From contig CALVYG010000047.1 in NCBI GenBank assembly GCA_944372095.1, positions 4,678 through 68,677 of the forward strand: DNA of 64,000 bases, given 5' to 3'. The notes under the pieces are model-generated. The model ran no database searches and had not been told where the DNA came from. It worked only from the letters and a program-made list of their open reading frames with translations. Positions 53,230-62,362 of the stretch are shown here, one piece after another. The position numbers were made by a program, and so were the translations under genes. Origin of the DNA: an uncultured Clostridia bacterium (GTDB lineage Bacteria; Bacillota; Clostridia; Christensenellales; DTU072). Each line of letters opens with the position of its first letter. The first letter of the stretch is position 1.

Positions 53230-53453
53230 GCTACGATAAATCAGTAGATGCGTTAGAAAAAATAGTAGAAAAACTTTCCGAAGAAAAACTTGGCGTAGAG
53301 GAAAGTCTGGAATTATACTCAAAAGGCATTACGCTTGCCAAGGAAGCGATGAATGAACTTGCCGTTTTCAAAGGCAAAATTGAATTACTTAATAAAGATT
53401 TAACACAATTGGAAGCTGAAACAGAAAATGGAGACGATAACTATGACGAATAA
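53226..53453 (+). CDS. xseB: Exodeoxyribonuclease VII small subunit
   Basis: 75 aa with ALEKIVEKLSEEKLGVEESLELYSKGITLAK. Confidence 0.9.
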   Translation: MSYDKSVDALEKIVEKLSEEKLGVEESLELYSKGITLAKEAMNELAVFKGKIELLNKDLTQLEAETENGDDNYDE

Positions 53454-54255
53454 TGAATTAAATCAATATTTCGAGGAAAGACTTAAAAATTGTTTTGAAA
53501 AAAAATTTCTAGCTGCTCCCAGAAAACTAAAAGAAGCGTGTACTCATATTTTGCTTGGGGGCGGGAAAAGAATTCGCCCTAAATTATGCTTTTCATCAGC
53601 CAATTTTCTCGGCATAAACGAAGAAGAAGTAATTGATTTTGCAATTGCAATAGAGTTTATTCATACATACAGCTTGATACACGACGATATGCCGTGTATG
53701 GACAACGACGATTACAGACGCGGACGTCCTACCGTCCATAAAATGTATGGAGAAGCAATAGCATTGTTGGCTGGGGATGCTCTTCTAAATGCCGCATACG
53801 AATTACTGTTATCTGATTCAGACCCTAAATACAGAGACGGAATAAAGCTTATTGCCGATTGTGCCGGAGTAAACGGGATGATTGGAGGACAAACAGGTGA
53901 ATTTATCGCCAATGAATTTGATGCCGGAACATATACAGATATATGTCTTAAAAAAACAGGAGCCCTTATTTCTGCTTCTATTATGGCCCCGGCTACACTT
54001 TCATACGACGAAGACAAAAAAACAGCGCTAGCCTCATTTGCGCGTTCTTTCGGACTATGCTTCCAAGCAGCCGATGATTTAAGGGATAAAGAAAAAGGGG
54101 AAAAGGCTTCTTTTGTCGCTATTATCGGAGAAATTGCGACAAAAGATTTAATCGAAAGAACTTGTGCTTCTGCAATAAGAGCAATAGAAAATTTTGATGA
54201 AAGCGATGATTTAATAGATTTTTGTATGGAAATTACTGATGAATTTTGTTTATAA
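53443..54255 (+). CDS. ispA: Polyprenyl (farnesyl/geranylgeranyl) diphosphate synthase
   Basis: First Asp-rich motif LIHDDMPCMDNDDYRRG and second FQAADDLRD. ATG 53443 has GGAG 9 nt upstream. In-frame ATG 53428 is the alternative start. Confidence 0.85.
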   Translation: MTNNELNQYFEERLKNCFEKKFLAAPRKLKEACTHILLGGGKRIRPKLCFSSANFLGINEEEVIDFAIAIEFIHTYSLIHDDMPCMDNDDYRRGRPTVHKMYGEAIALLAGDALLNAAYELLLSDSDPKYRDGIKLIADCAGVNGMIGGQTGEFIANEFDAGTYTDICLKKTGALISASIMAPATLSYDEDKKTALASFARSFGLCFQAADDLRDKEKGEKASFVAIIGEIATKDLIERTCASAIRAIENFDESDDLIDFCMEITDEFCL

Positions 54256-54321
54256 GTTATTGCAATAAAAATAAAACATATATTATATAAGGTAAAAAAT
54301 TTATAAAGCCGTTTATATAGT

Positions 54322-54912
54322 ATGAAAAAAACCGATAAACATATCGCCAGCAATCAAACAAACATAAACAGAGTAAAAAGAATCTCTGACAGCACAATAT
54401 GGACAATAAAAATTACGGTAACAACTCTGTTTTTATCCGTCTTTGTCAGTTTTATAACAGAGTTAACTTCAAGTAAGTCAAATGTTGTCGTATCAATTTT
54501 AATGCTATTGCTTCTGATATTAATTAGCATAGTATTTGATACAATAGGTGTGGCAGCCACATCATGCGATATTGCTCCTTTACTTATAATGTCAAACAAA
54601 AAAGTAAAAGGTGCAACCCAAGCCGTTATACTTGTTAAAAATGCAGAAAAAGTATCAAATATTTGTGCAGACGTTATAGGTGACATGTGCGGCATAATAA
54701 GCGGCTCATGCTCTGCGGCAATAGTAATTATGTTTGCGGTAAATAGCCCGAACGATTATTGGTTCAGCATAATTACCAGCGGCATTGTCGCTTCACTTAC
54801 AGTTGGAGGAAAGGCTTTTTTTAAAAAAATTGCAATAAAAAAATCAAAAGAAGTTATGCTGTTCACCGGAAGAGTTTTAAGCTTATTATTAAAGAAAAAT
54901 GACCAGACTTGA
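54322..54912 (+). CDS. Polytopic membrane protein of unknown function
   Basis: 196 aa with about 4 TM segments. It occupies the slot where dxs sits in the Bacillus-type ispA-dxs-tlyA order. I can assign no family with confidence. Confidence 0.4.
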   Translation: MKKTDKHIASNQTNINRVKRISDSTIWTIKITVTTLFLSVFVSFITELTSSKSNVVVSILMLLLLILISIVFDTIGVAATSCDIAPLLIMSNKKVKGATQAVILVKNAEKVSNICADVIGDMCGIISGSCSAAIVIMFAVNSPNDYWFSIITSGIVASLTVGGKAFFKKIAIKKSKEVMLFTGRVLSLLLKKNDQT

Positions 54913-55618
54913 TAAATATTTATACGAAAAAAAATTTGTAAACACGCGAACACGGGCACAAAACTTAATTGAACTCGGAAAAGTGACTGTTAACGGCAAA
55001 ACATGTATTAAATCATCGTTAGACGTATCTGAGTCAGATAAAATCGAATTAAACGAAAATTATGAGGCGAGTCTTGCCGCAATTAAACTCGAAAAGGCAA
55101 TAAACGAGTTTAAACCCGATATAAAAGACAAAATCTGTTTAGATTTAGGCGCTGCAAACGGGGGTTTTACGGAGAAACTTTTACAAAACGGCGCACAAAA
55201 AATTTATGCACTTGATATCGGAAAATGCGCTTTACCGGAAAATTTATTGTACAATAAAAAAATAGTTGTTGTAGAAAAAACAAACGCAAGAAATATTGAA
55301 AGACACAATTTTTCAGAGAAAATAGATTTTGTTACCTGCGATTTAAGCTTCATAAGTTTAAAATTGATTCTTCCGGTTGTTTACAATCTGCTTGACTATG
55401 GCGGAGAAGGAATATTTCTTATTAAACCTCAATTCGAAATCGGGAAAAAAGACATTCCTAAAAGCGGAATTGTAAAAGATGAACGGAAACGGTTAAAAAT
55501 TGTAGAAGATATAAGCGTATTTGCGAAAAATACAGGATTTAAAATATTAGGGATGACGTCTGCACCACATCCGTTTGAAAACAAAAATCAAGAATATTTA
55601 TTATATACAAAAAAATGA
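54899..55618 (+). CDS. tlyA: TlyA-family rRNA 2'-O-methyltransferase
   Basis: N-terminal S4 domain (RLDKYL...RTRAQNLI), FtsJ-type SAM motif DLGAANGGFT and DLSFISL. Confidence 0.85.
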   Translation: MTRLDKYLYEKKFVNTRTRAQNLIELGKVTVNGKTCIKSSLDVSESDKIELNENYEASLAAIKLEKAINEFKPDIKDKICLDLGAANGGFTEKLLQNGAQKIYALDIGKCALPENLLYNKKIVVVEKTNARNIERHNFSEKIDFVTCDLSFISLKLILPVVYNLLDYGGEGIFLIKPQFEIGKKDIPKSGIVKDERKRLKIVEDISVFAKNTGFKILGMTSAPHPFENKNQEYLLYTKK

Positions 55619-55628
55619 TTAAAAAAAT

Positions 55629-56951
55629 TTAATTTATTTTTTCTAAGTGAACTTCTCCTTCTGCATCTACTTTTATACCTTTTTTTATTATAATACGGAT
55701 TAAAGCATATTTATAATCTTTCTCTGTTTCAAATTCATAATATCTAGAACCCCAAATCCATTTTCTATCTTCTTCACTATTAGATAAAACCATTTGTATA
55801 TAAAAAGTATCTGAACTAATATCACAATTAGAAGCAAAGCTGTATTTACCTTTAGGCAATTGAAATTTTGAGGACATCCATTTTCCTAATGGATTTTTAT
55901 GCCCACTATAAAGATAAAATACTGTATCTTCATTTGATATTCCATTTATATAAAATTTATATTCATTGTCAACTTGTAGAGATATACCGTTCTTTTCCCA
56001 TTTACCTACACTCATGCCATTATTGGGAATAATTAAATTATTAATAGCCTTTAGTTTAGCAATAACCTCATTATTATATTTTTCAAATATAACTTTGCCA
56101 TAATAATCCTTAATTTTATTTAACTCATTAATTTCGCAACTTTTATTTACAGAATTATTAATTATAAAATCAACAGATGCAAATAAATAATTATAGACAT
56201 CATTTATATAATGCATCCCACACATTCCCCATTTATGATTGATATTCCCAACTAAACAGGGAAGCCTATCTATATAATGTGCATTAGGGATTTTTTTCTT
56301 AAGATATATTAATGCCCTTTCTATTCTTTTATTTTGCAATATATATTCATTTTCCATTTTATTATTTAAATACTTTACTTCATGCTTATCTCCTAAAAAA
56401 ATAAAAGTATGAAGTATATCTATAATTATAATTTTATTTTGGTTATACATTGATAAAATATTTGCAAAATAATTATCCATTAATTTTTCAAACTCAGTTT
56501 GAGACATATCCAAAATGTCTAAACGTTCGAGTTTTAACAAAGATTTAATTTCATCATTTTCAATGCTATGCAATACTTCATTTGCTAAACCTAAAGTAAG
56601 ATAGGAATCTTTAATTTTTAATAAAATATTTCTACATGTAGTTATGTCAATAATAATAAAATCTGACTTGACTTCATTAAGATAATCAAAAACTTTTTTC
56701 TTTATCTCCAAAGTAAAAATTTTTTTATAAAAATTGCTAGTAGTGGATTCATTTATATGATTAAATATTAAAGTGGAAACAGCGTTATCAATTACATCGG
56801 AAACAGCGGAAATAGGATTAATACTCTGAACAAAACGGTCAATAATATAGTTACCATTTTCCCCAGTTCTTGAATTCGGAATCTCAAACAAATCCCTACA
56901 TACACACGAACCGAGTATAGAAATATTAACTTTATTATCTTTAGCTGCCAT
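55629..56951 (-). CDS. Hypothetical 440-aa protein: SGNH/DUF6270-like N-terminal region plus predicted beta-rich C-terminal domain
   Basis: It is the only long minus-strand ORF in this region. SD AAGGGA lies upstream of ATG 56951. From memory, the N-terminus NISILGSCVCRDLFE recalls DUF6270-type proteins (unverified). It is markedly AT-rich by eye. Confidence 0.6.
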   Translation of the reverse strand: MAAKDNKVNISILGSCVCRDLFEIPNSRTGENGNYIIDRFVQSINPISAVSDVIDNAVSTLIFNHINESTTSNFYKKIFTLEIKKKVFDYLNEVKSDFIIIDITTCRNILLKIKDSYLTLGLANEVLHSIENDEIKSLLKLERLDILDMSQTEFEKLMDNYFANILSMYNQNKIIIIDILHTFIFLGDKHEVKYLNNKMENEYILQNKRIERALIYLKKKIPNAHYIDRLPCLVGNINHKWGMCGMHYINDVYNYLFASVDFIINNSVNKSCEINELNKIKDYYGKVIFEKYNNEVIAKLKAINNLIIPNNGMSVGKWEKNGISLQVDNEYKFYINGISNEDTVFYLYSGHKNPLGKWMSSKFQLPKGKYSFASNCDISSDTFYIQMVLSNSEEDRKWIWGSRYYEFETEKDYKYALIRIIIKKGIKVDAEGEVHLEKIN

Positions 56952-57117
56952 AAATAATTTCCCTTAAAAAATATAATATTATAATAACATAATATCCTTA
57001 GTTTATGCAATAAAAAATATTAATTATCATAATGTTATAGAATATTTGCATAACTAAATTAAATAATATATAATTTATACATTAAAATAAATTCAAAACA
57101 ATAGGTAATATTAAAGA

Positions 57118-57567
57118 ATGAAAAAAAACATTAGACATGAAAATATAAAAAAAATAATATTAGAACAAGAAATAGGAACTCAGGGCGAATTAAAAGAAGC
57201 GCTTAAGGCAAAAGGATTTAATACGACACAGGCTACGGTATCACGCGATATAAACGAAATGGGACTAGTGAAAGTTGCCGGTTTAACAAGAAAATATAAA
57301 TATGCATTTGAAACACCCAAAACCGTAGTAGGCAATAAAATTGCAAACATTTTTAAGGAAAGCGTGCTTTCTATCGACTCGTCCCTTAACTTAATAGTAA
57401 TAAAAACAAGCGAGGGTAGCGCAAACGGCGCAGCCTTTTTCCTCGATAAATTGCATCTGCCGGATATTCTTGGAACAGTATCGGGCGACGATACCGTGTT
57501 AGTAGTTGCAAAAAGCATAGAAAGCGTTCCTGCGGTTATGGCAACGTTGAAGGAGTATACACTATGA
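57118..57567 (+). CDS. argR: Arginine repressor
   Basis: wHTH motif TQATVSRDINEMGL and C-terminal oligomerisation/arginine-binding motif GTVSGDDTVLVV. Confidence 0.9.
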   Translation: MKKNIRHENIKKIILEQEIGTQGELKEALKAKGFNTTQATVSRDINEMGLVKVAGLTRKYKYAFETPKTVVGNKIANIFKESVLSIDSSLNLIVIKTSEGSANGAAFFLDKLHLPDILGTVSGDDTVLVVAKSIESVPAVMATLKEYTL

Positions 57568-59270
57568 TAAGTTATCTATCCGTAAAAAATATTGCATTAA
57601 TCCGTGAACTCAACGTTGAATTCAAAAAAGGATTGAATATCCTCAGCGGAGAAACAGGCGCAGGAAAATCAATCATAATAGATTCAATAAATTTTGTTTT
57701 AGGGGACAGGGCAGACAGGTCGCTTATAAGATACGGAGAAACCAGCGCAAAAGTGGAGGTCGTTTTTTCTGAAATAAAAAATTATGAAAAAATAAAAAAC
57801 ATACTTTCAGAAAGCGATATAGAATGTGATGACGAAACGGTAATAGTTTCAAGGACAATGACCAGCGACAGGAGCGAATGCAGAATTAACAGGCGAATTG
57901 TAAACCTGTCATTATTAAGAAAAGTAGTGAGTTTACTTGTAGATACGCACACACAGAACGAACATCAAACACTGTTAAAGATTCCGGAACACATAAAAAT
58001 ATTGGACGGATTTAATGCGCAAATCAAACCAATTATTATAAATTATCGCGAATTGTTGACAGGCTATTATAAAATTTTAGATAATTTAAAACAATTACCG
58101 TCCGAAATTGAAAGGGAAAGACAAATTGAAATGCTCTCTTTCCAAATTTCCGAAATTGAAAAAACCGCTTGGACCGAGGGAGAAGAAGAAACGTTAAAAC
58201 ATAAACGCTCGCTATATTATAATTCACATAATATCCTCACAGCACTCACTTCAGCTTATAATGCGCTTAACGGCGATAACGGATTAGGCTGCACTTCTTC
58301 TGCAAGTATGGCGATTTCCTCATTAAAGTCTGCCGCGCAGTACGACGAATCGATAAATGAATTAATAGATAGGCTTGAATCTGTTTCAATAGAAATTTCC
58401 GACATAGCCGATACTCTCTACGAAAAAACAAATAATTCAGAAATTTCGGATATTGACATCGACAAAATCGAAAGGCGCTTGGAAGATATCAGGCTTATAA
58501 AGAAAAAATACGGAAAATCTTACGAAGATGTCGCTAAATTTCTTGAAAATGCCGCAAGCAGACTTGAAATACTTAAAGACTCTGAAACAATGTTTGCAAA
58601 ACTTTCTGCAGAAAAGGTTTCTATAGAGTCAAAACTCGCAGATTATGCAATCCGTCTCCACAATATGCGCATTGAGACAGCAAATAAATTTTGTAATGAA
58701 ATAACTAATAATCTAACGGAACTTGGAATGAAAAATGCTGTTTTTCAAATCAAATTCGATTTTACCCCTGACAGCATTATAGAGCATCTGAACCAAAACG
58801 GTGCGGAAACACTTGAATTTATGCTTTCACCCAATCTTGGCGAACCTGTCAAATCTCTCGCAAAAATCGCGAGCGGCGGGGAAATGAGTAGGTTTATGTT
58901 AGCGATAAAGAATGTTATCGCGGAAACAGACGACGTCGACACATTGATATTCGACGAAATCGACACGGGCATCAGCGGTGTTATTGCAAAAGTCGTAGCC
59001 GAAAAGCTTTATGATATTGCAAAAACAAGGCAAGTAATCGCTATTACTCACCTTCCTCAACTCGCATCAATGGGAGATGTTAATTTCTTAATCGAAAAAA
59101 GGGTATTAAACGAAAAAACTCTTACTTTTTTGAAAGAATTAAATAATGAAGAAGTTTATGCCGAAATCATGCGTTTATCGGGAGCGGTTGAAAACAGTAA
59201 AATAGGTTTATCCAACGCAAAAGAACTGAAAATGCAAGCAAATGCATATAAGAATTGCAACAATAAGTAA
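57564..59270 (+). CDS. recN: DNA repair protein RecN
   Basis: Walker A GETGAGKSI, coiled-coil middle region, SGGEMSR signature and LIFDEIDTG Walker B. Confidence 0.95.
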   Translation: MISYLSVKNIALIRELNVEFKKGLNILSGETGAGKSIIIDSINFVLGDRADRSLIRYGETSAKVEVVFSEIKNYEKIKNILSESDIECDDETVIVSRTMTSDRSECRINRRIVNLSLLRKVVSLLVDTHTQNEHQTLLKIPEHIKILDGFNAQIKPIIINYRELLTGYYKILDNLKQLPSEIERERQIEMLSFQISEIEKTAWTEGEEETLKHKRSLYYNSHNILTALTSAYNALNGDNGLGCTSSASMAISSLKSAAQYDESINELIDRLESVSIEISDIADTLYEKTNNSEISDIDIDKIERRLEDIRLIKKKYGKSYEDVAKFLENAASRLEILKDSETMFAKLSAEKVSIESKLADYAIRLHNMRIETANKFCNEITNNLTELGMKNAVFQIKFDFTPDSIIEHLNQNGAETLEFMLSPNLGEPVKSLAKIASGGEMSRFMLAIKNVIAETDDVDTLIFDEIDTGISGVIAKVVAEKLYDIAKTRQVIAITHLPQLASMGDVNFLIEKRVLNEKTLTFLKELNNEEVYAEIMRLSGAVENSKIGLSNAKELKMQANAYKNCNNK

Positions 59271-59309
59271 AAAATACCATTTTTTAGCAACATTTTAGGC
59301 TTATATTAC

Positions 59310-59345
59310 CTCCTGTTTTCCTCAAACTAATCGATGAAACAGGAG
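59310..59345 (+). promoter_or_regulatory. Hairpin sequestering the spoIVB Shine-Dalgarno sequence
   Basis: CTCCTGTTT (59310-18) pairs perfectly with AAACAGGAG (59337-45) around an 18-nt loop. The 3' arm contains the AGGAG located 6 nt before ATG 59352. No T-run follows. Confidence 0.45.
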
Positions 59346-59351
59346 ACAAAA

Positions 59352-60383
59352 ATGAAGAGAATTTTAAAAAACACATTTTTTTTAGCCGTCGTCGCAGTAC
59401 TGTTGAGTATCATTACGGTAAGTTTTACCGGACCGGCATATGCCGACGACAACACTAATGTATCGGAAGTATATCTAGGCGGAAATCCGGTAGGAATAAT
59501 TGCACAAAGTGAAGGCTTGGTCGTTACGGAAATTATTAACGTTACAACGGACAGAGGCAGCTTTTCTCCGGCTTTGGAAGCGGGAATCGAAAAAGGTGAC
59601 ATCGTTATTTCGATTAACGGAGAAAAAATCAATGACCCTTATGAAATGAATGAAATTATAAAAAACACTCAAAATTCATTACTTTTAACTATATTGAGAG
59701 GTAAAGACAAAATATCTGTTACAGTTGTTCCTGAATTCGATATAGCTCAAAGCACAAAAAAAATCGGTATTGCAGTTAAAAATTATATTACAGGAATAGG
59801 AACGATGACTTTCATAAAAGATAACGGTAAATACGGTGCATTAGGACACCAGATTACCGATTCGTTCGGAAATGCAGACATTTACGGAGAAGGAAAAGTA
59901 TTTTTCTGCGATATAACAGGATACAAAACCGCATCAGAAAATAAACCGGGAGAATTAATCGGAAAAATAAATATCGATATACCGGCGGTAGGCACCATAA
60001 AGAAAAATAAGATTTGCGGAATATACGGCGAAATAACGGATAATAATTTCTATACTAAAAGAGAAAAAATTCAAGTAGGAACTAAAAATAATGTTCGTCC
60101 GGGCAAAGCCTATATAGTAACCACAATCGGACAAAATCCGCCTGAAAAATTTGAAATAGAAATAGTTAAAACCTTATCGCAAAACCAAAGAGCCGAAAAA
60201 GGTATGGTAATAAGGGTCACCGACAAAAAACTTCTTTCCACAACAAAAGGAATACTACAAGGAATGAGCGGGTCGCCTATAATACAAAACGACAAACTTG
60301 TCGGAGCGGTAACCCACGTATTTACAAACGACTCAAAGATGGGATACGGCATTTATATAGATTGGATGATTAATGAAGCATAA
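59352..60383 (+). CDS. spoIVB: SpoIVB signalling serine peptidase (S55)
   Basis: Signal-anchor segment, PDZ domain (GDIVISINGEKI) and catalytic Ser context GMSGSPI. It follows recN, as in Bacillus and Clostridium. Confidence 0.9.
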   Translation: MKRILKNTFFLAVVAVLLSIITVSFTGPAYADDNTNVSEVYLGGNPVGIIAQSEGLVVTEIINVTTDRGSFSPALEAGIEKGDIVISINGEKINDPYEMNEIIKNTQNSLLLTILRGKDKISVTVVPEFDIAQSTKKIGIAVKNYITGIGTMTFIKDNGKYGALGHQITDSFGNADIYGEGKVFFCDITGYKTASENKPGELIGKINIDIPAVGTIKKNKICGIYGEITDNNFYTKREKIQVGTKNNVRPGKAYIVTTIGQNPPEKFEIEIVKTLSQNQRAEKGMVIRVTDKKLLSTTKGILQGMSGSPIIQNDKLVGAVTHVFTNDSKMGYGIYIDWMINEA

Positions 60384-60392
60384 AAAATTAAA

Positions 60393-61040
60393 ATGAAAAT
60401 ACAATTTAATATGCGAAAAATCAATATTAAACGCACTTTTAATATACAACTTGATTCGATTAAAGCAACTCTCAGAAAATATAAGAGGTTGCTTTTTATC
60501 GGTTCAGGGTTTGCCGTGCTCGGGTTATTGTTTTCTTTATTCGGTATTAACGATTACACTGACAACAACGCTAAACAAAGTATTTTTTTCTTAATCAATT
60601 CGGGAGAATTTTCCGTTATCATTTTTGAATTGACTTTACTTGTTTACATTTTAATACCTTTTGCAATATGTTATCTGTTGTCACTTAATTATTTTTTATT
60701 TTTATTGAGTTTCCCGGTAATAAGCGTTACATGTTACTTTATTTTCAGATACATACTTGCAACTTTTGTTTGCGGTTTTTTTTACGGATTACTATCTTTC
60801 TTATTTATACTGCTTCCCGTGATGTGCCTAATATTCTTAGGATTAATAATATTTATTGCAAAAACAATCGAACTTATTAAATTCCCGCCTTGCAAAAAAT
60901 TTTTCTCGATAACTCCTTACGCCTTTCATTTCCGAACCATGAAAAGATATATTCTGAATTATCTTTTTTACATAGCAATACCTTCTTTTATTTATTCTAA
61001 TCTGATTATAATTATCGCATTTTTAATCTGCGGCGCATAA
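60393..61040 (+). CDS. Polytopic membrane protein of unknown function
   Basis: 215 aa with about 5 to 6 hydrophobic, Phe/Leu/Ile-rich segments. I recognise no motif. It sits where spo0A usually follows spoIVB. Confidence 0.4.
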   Translation: MKIQFNMRKINIKRTFNIQLDSIKATLRKYKRLLFIGSGFAVLGLLFSLFGINDYTDNNAKQSIFFLINSGEFSVIIFELTLLVYILIPFAICYLLSLNYFLFLLSFPVISVTCYFIFRYILATFVCGFFYGLLSFLFILLPVMCLIFLGLIIFIAKTIELIKFPPCKKFFSITPYAFHFRTMKRYILNYLFYIAIPSFIYSNLIIIIAFLICGA

Positions 61041-61082
61041 AAACATAGAATTTTCAGACACTAACTCCAGAAGGAGTTAAGT

Positions 61083-62243
61083 ATGAAAAAATTTATTTTT
61101 TTAATATTAATTACAGCATTGGCCGTTTGTTGCGCTTTACCGGCAGCGTCGACAGCTTTTGCAGAAGAAAAACCGTACCGTTCGATTTTTCTTATTGATT
61201 ACGACACGGGAACAGTAATTATCGAAGAAAACGCCGATGAACGCTATCCGATAGCCAGTATGGTTAAAATAATGACTTTGGCATTGACATTCGACGAAAT
61301 CGATAAAGGAAAATTATCAATAGACGAAAAAATCCGAATTTCAGACTATGCCGCAGGAATGGGCGGTTCACAAATGTTCCTTGACGCAGGAGAGGAATAC
61401 CCCGTAACAGATTTAATTAAGGGCGTAATAGTATGCAGCGCAAACGACGCCGCAACAGCACTCGGAGAGCGTATAAGCGGGGATATCGAAAGTTTTGTTT
61501 CTAGAATGAATTCTTATGCAAAAGAACTCGGAATGAATAATACACTTTTCTGCAATGCAACAGGTCTACCCAACAGCGGAGAACAATATTCCACGGCAAG
61601 GGACGTTTCTGTTATGATGAAGAAAGTTTTATCGCATCCTGAATATTACAAATATTCTCGTATCTGGATGGAAAATTACGAACATCCTGACGGAAGAATA
61701 ACAGAGCTTGTTAATACTAATAAGCTTATTCGTATTATGAACGAATGCGACGGAGGAAAAACCGGATTTACAAACGAAGCCGGCTTCTGTCTTTCTGCAA
61801 GCGCAAAAGTGGGCGAAACAAGAGTAATTGCCACATTGCTGGGAGGAAAAGACAGTAAAACACGATTTAATAAAGTTTCGGAAATGATGCGTTACGCATT
61901 TGCAAATTACGAAACAAAAGTTTTTGTCAAGAAGAACGAAATTATTCCTTGTAATCTTGACAATATACAACAAGCTAAAAATCCTTTTATCGAAATTTAT
62001 TCTGATTCCGATGTAAAATATTTCGGTAAAAAAGGTGAAAACAATTTAACGCCGGAAATAACTTTATACGATAATCTCAAAGCACCTATAGAAGCAAATA
62101 CCCAAATAGGAGAAATTGTTCTTAAAGATAGTGAAGGGAATATCGTATCTTCGGCAGGACTTCTCACAAAAGAGAAAATTGAAAAACTCAATTTCTGGGA
62201 TTATCTCAAAAAGATAATTAACAACAGAATATTCAAAAAATAA
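61083..62243 (+). CDS. D-alanyl-D-alanine carboxypeptidase (PBP5-type, S11)
   Basis: Signal peptide, SxxK (ASMVKIMT), SxN (CSAND), KTG (KTGFT) and a C-terminal PBP5_C domain. Confidence 0.9.
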   Translation: MKKFIFLILITALAVCCALPAASTAFAEEKPYRSIFLIDYDTGTVIIEENADERYPIASMVKIMTLALTFDEIDKGKLSIDEKIRISDYAAGMGGSQMFLDAGEEYPVTDLIKGVIVCSANDAATALGERISGDIESFVSRMNSYAKELGMNNTLFCNATGLPNSGEQYSTARDVSVMMKKVLSHPEYYKYSRIWMENYEHPDGRITELVNTNKLIRIMNECDGGKTGFTNEAGFCLSASAKVGETRVIATLLGGKDSKTRFNKVSEMMRYAFANYETKVFVKKNEIIPCNLDNIQQAKNPFIEIYSDSDVKYFGKKGENNLTPEITLYDNLKAPIEANTQIGEIVLKDSEGNIVSSAGLLTKEKIEKLNFWDYLKKIINNRIFKK

Positions 62244-62247
62244 TTAA

Positions 62248-62277
62248 CCTCCCGTTTCACTATATGTGAAACGGAGG
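62248..62277. terminator. Hairpin after the carboxypeptidase gene (T-run only on the opposite strand)
   Basis: CCTCCCGTTTCAC (62248-60) pairs with GTGAAACGGAGG (62266-77) with one bulge. On the + strand it is followed by AAAAAT. On the - strand it would be followed by a T-rich run. Confidence 0.4.
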
Positions 62278-62303
62278 AAAAATCTACATACTATTTTCCG
62301 TGT

Positions 62304-62332
62304 TTGACAATGTATTTTAATAATGATATTAT
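62304..62332 (+). promoter_or_regulatory. Extended -10 sigma-A promoter for the M50 protease-scpAB genes
   Basis: TTGACA (62304-09), a 17-nt spacer ending in TGa, then TATTAT (62327-32). Confidence 0.6.
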
Positions 62333-62362
62333 TATATGAGTTACTTTAAGTAAGAGGAATAA

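Noticed and set aside
53712-54353. 213-aa ORF antisense to ispA. Similar long antisense ORFs lie at 27582-28121 (ruvB), 17504-18019 (clp), 14998-15477, 41638-42105, 23493-23948 and 46342-46785.
   Set aside because: Each lies entirely opposite a gene with strong, motif-supported homology. Their translations are low-complexity and Ser/Ile/Phe-rich with no recognisable motifs, SD or promoter. They are typical shadow ORFs of the coding frame.
56952-57117. ARG-box-like AT-rich palindromic stretches (for example ATAGAATATTTGCATAAC near 57036-57053) in the divergent region upstream of argR.
   Set aside because: Only about 11 of 18 positions match the remembered ARG-box consensus, in a region that is nearly all A/T. 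This is indistinguishable from background without a scoring matrix.
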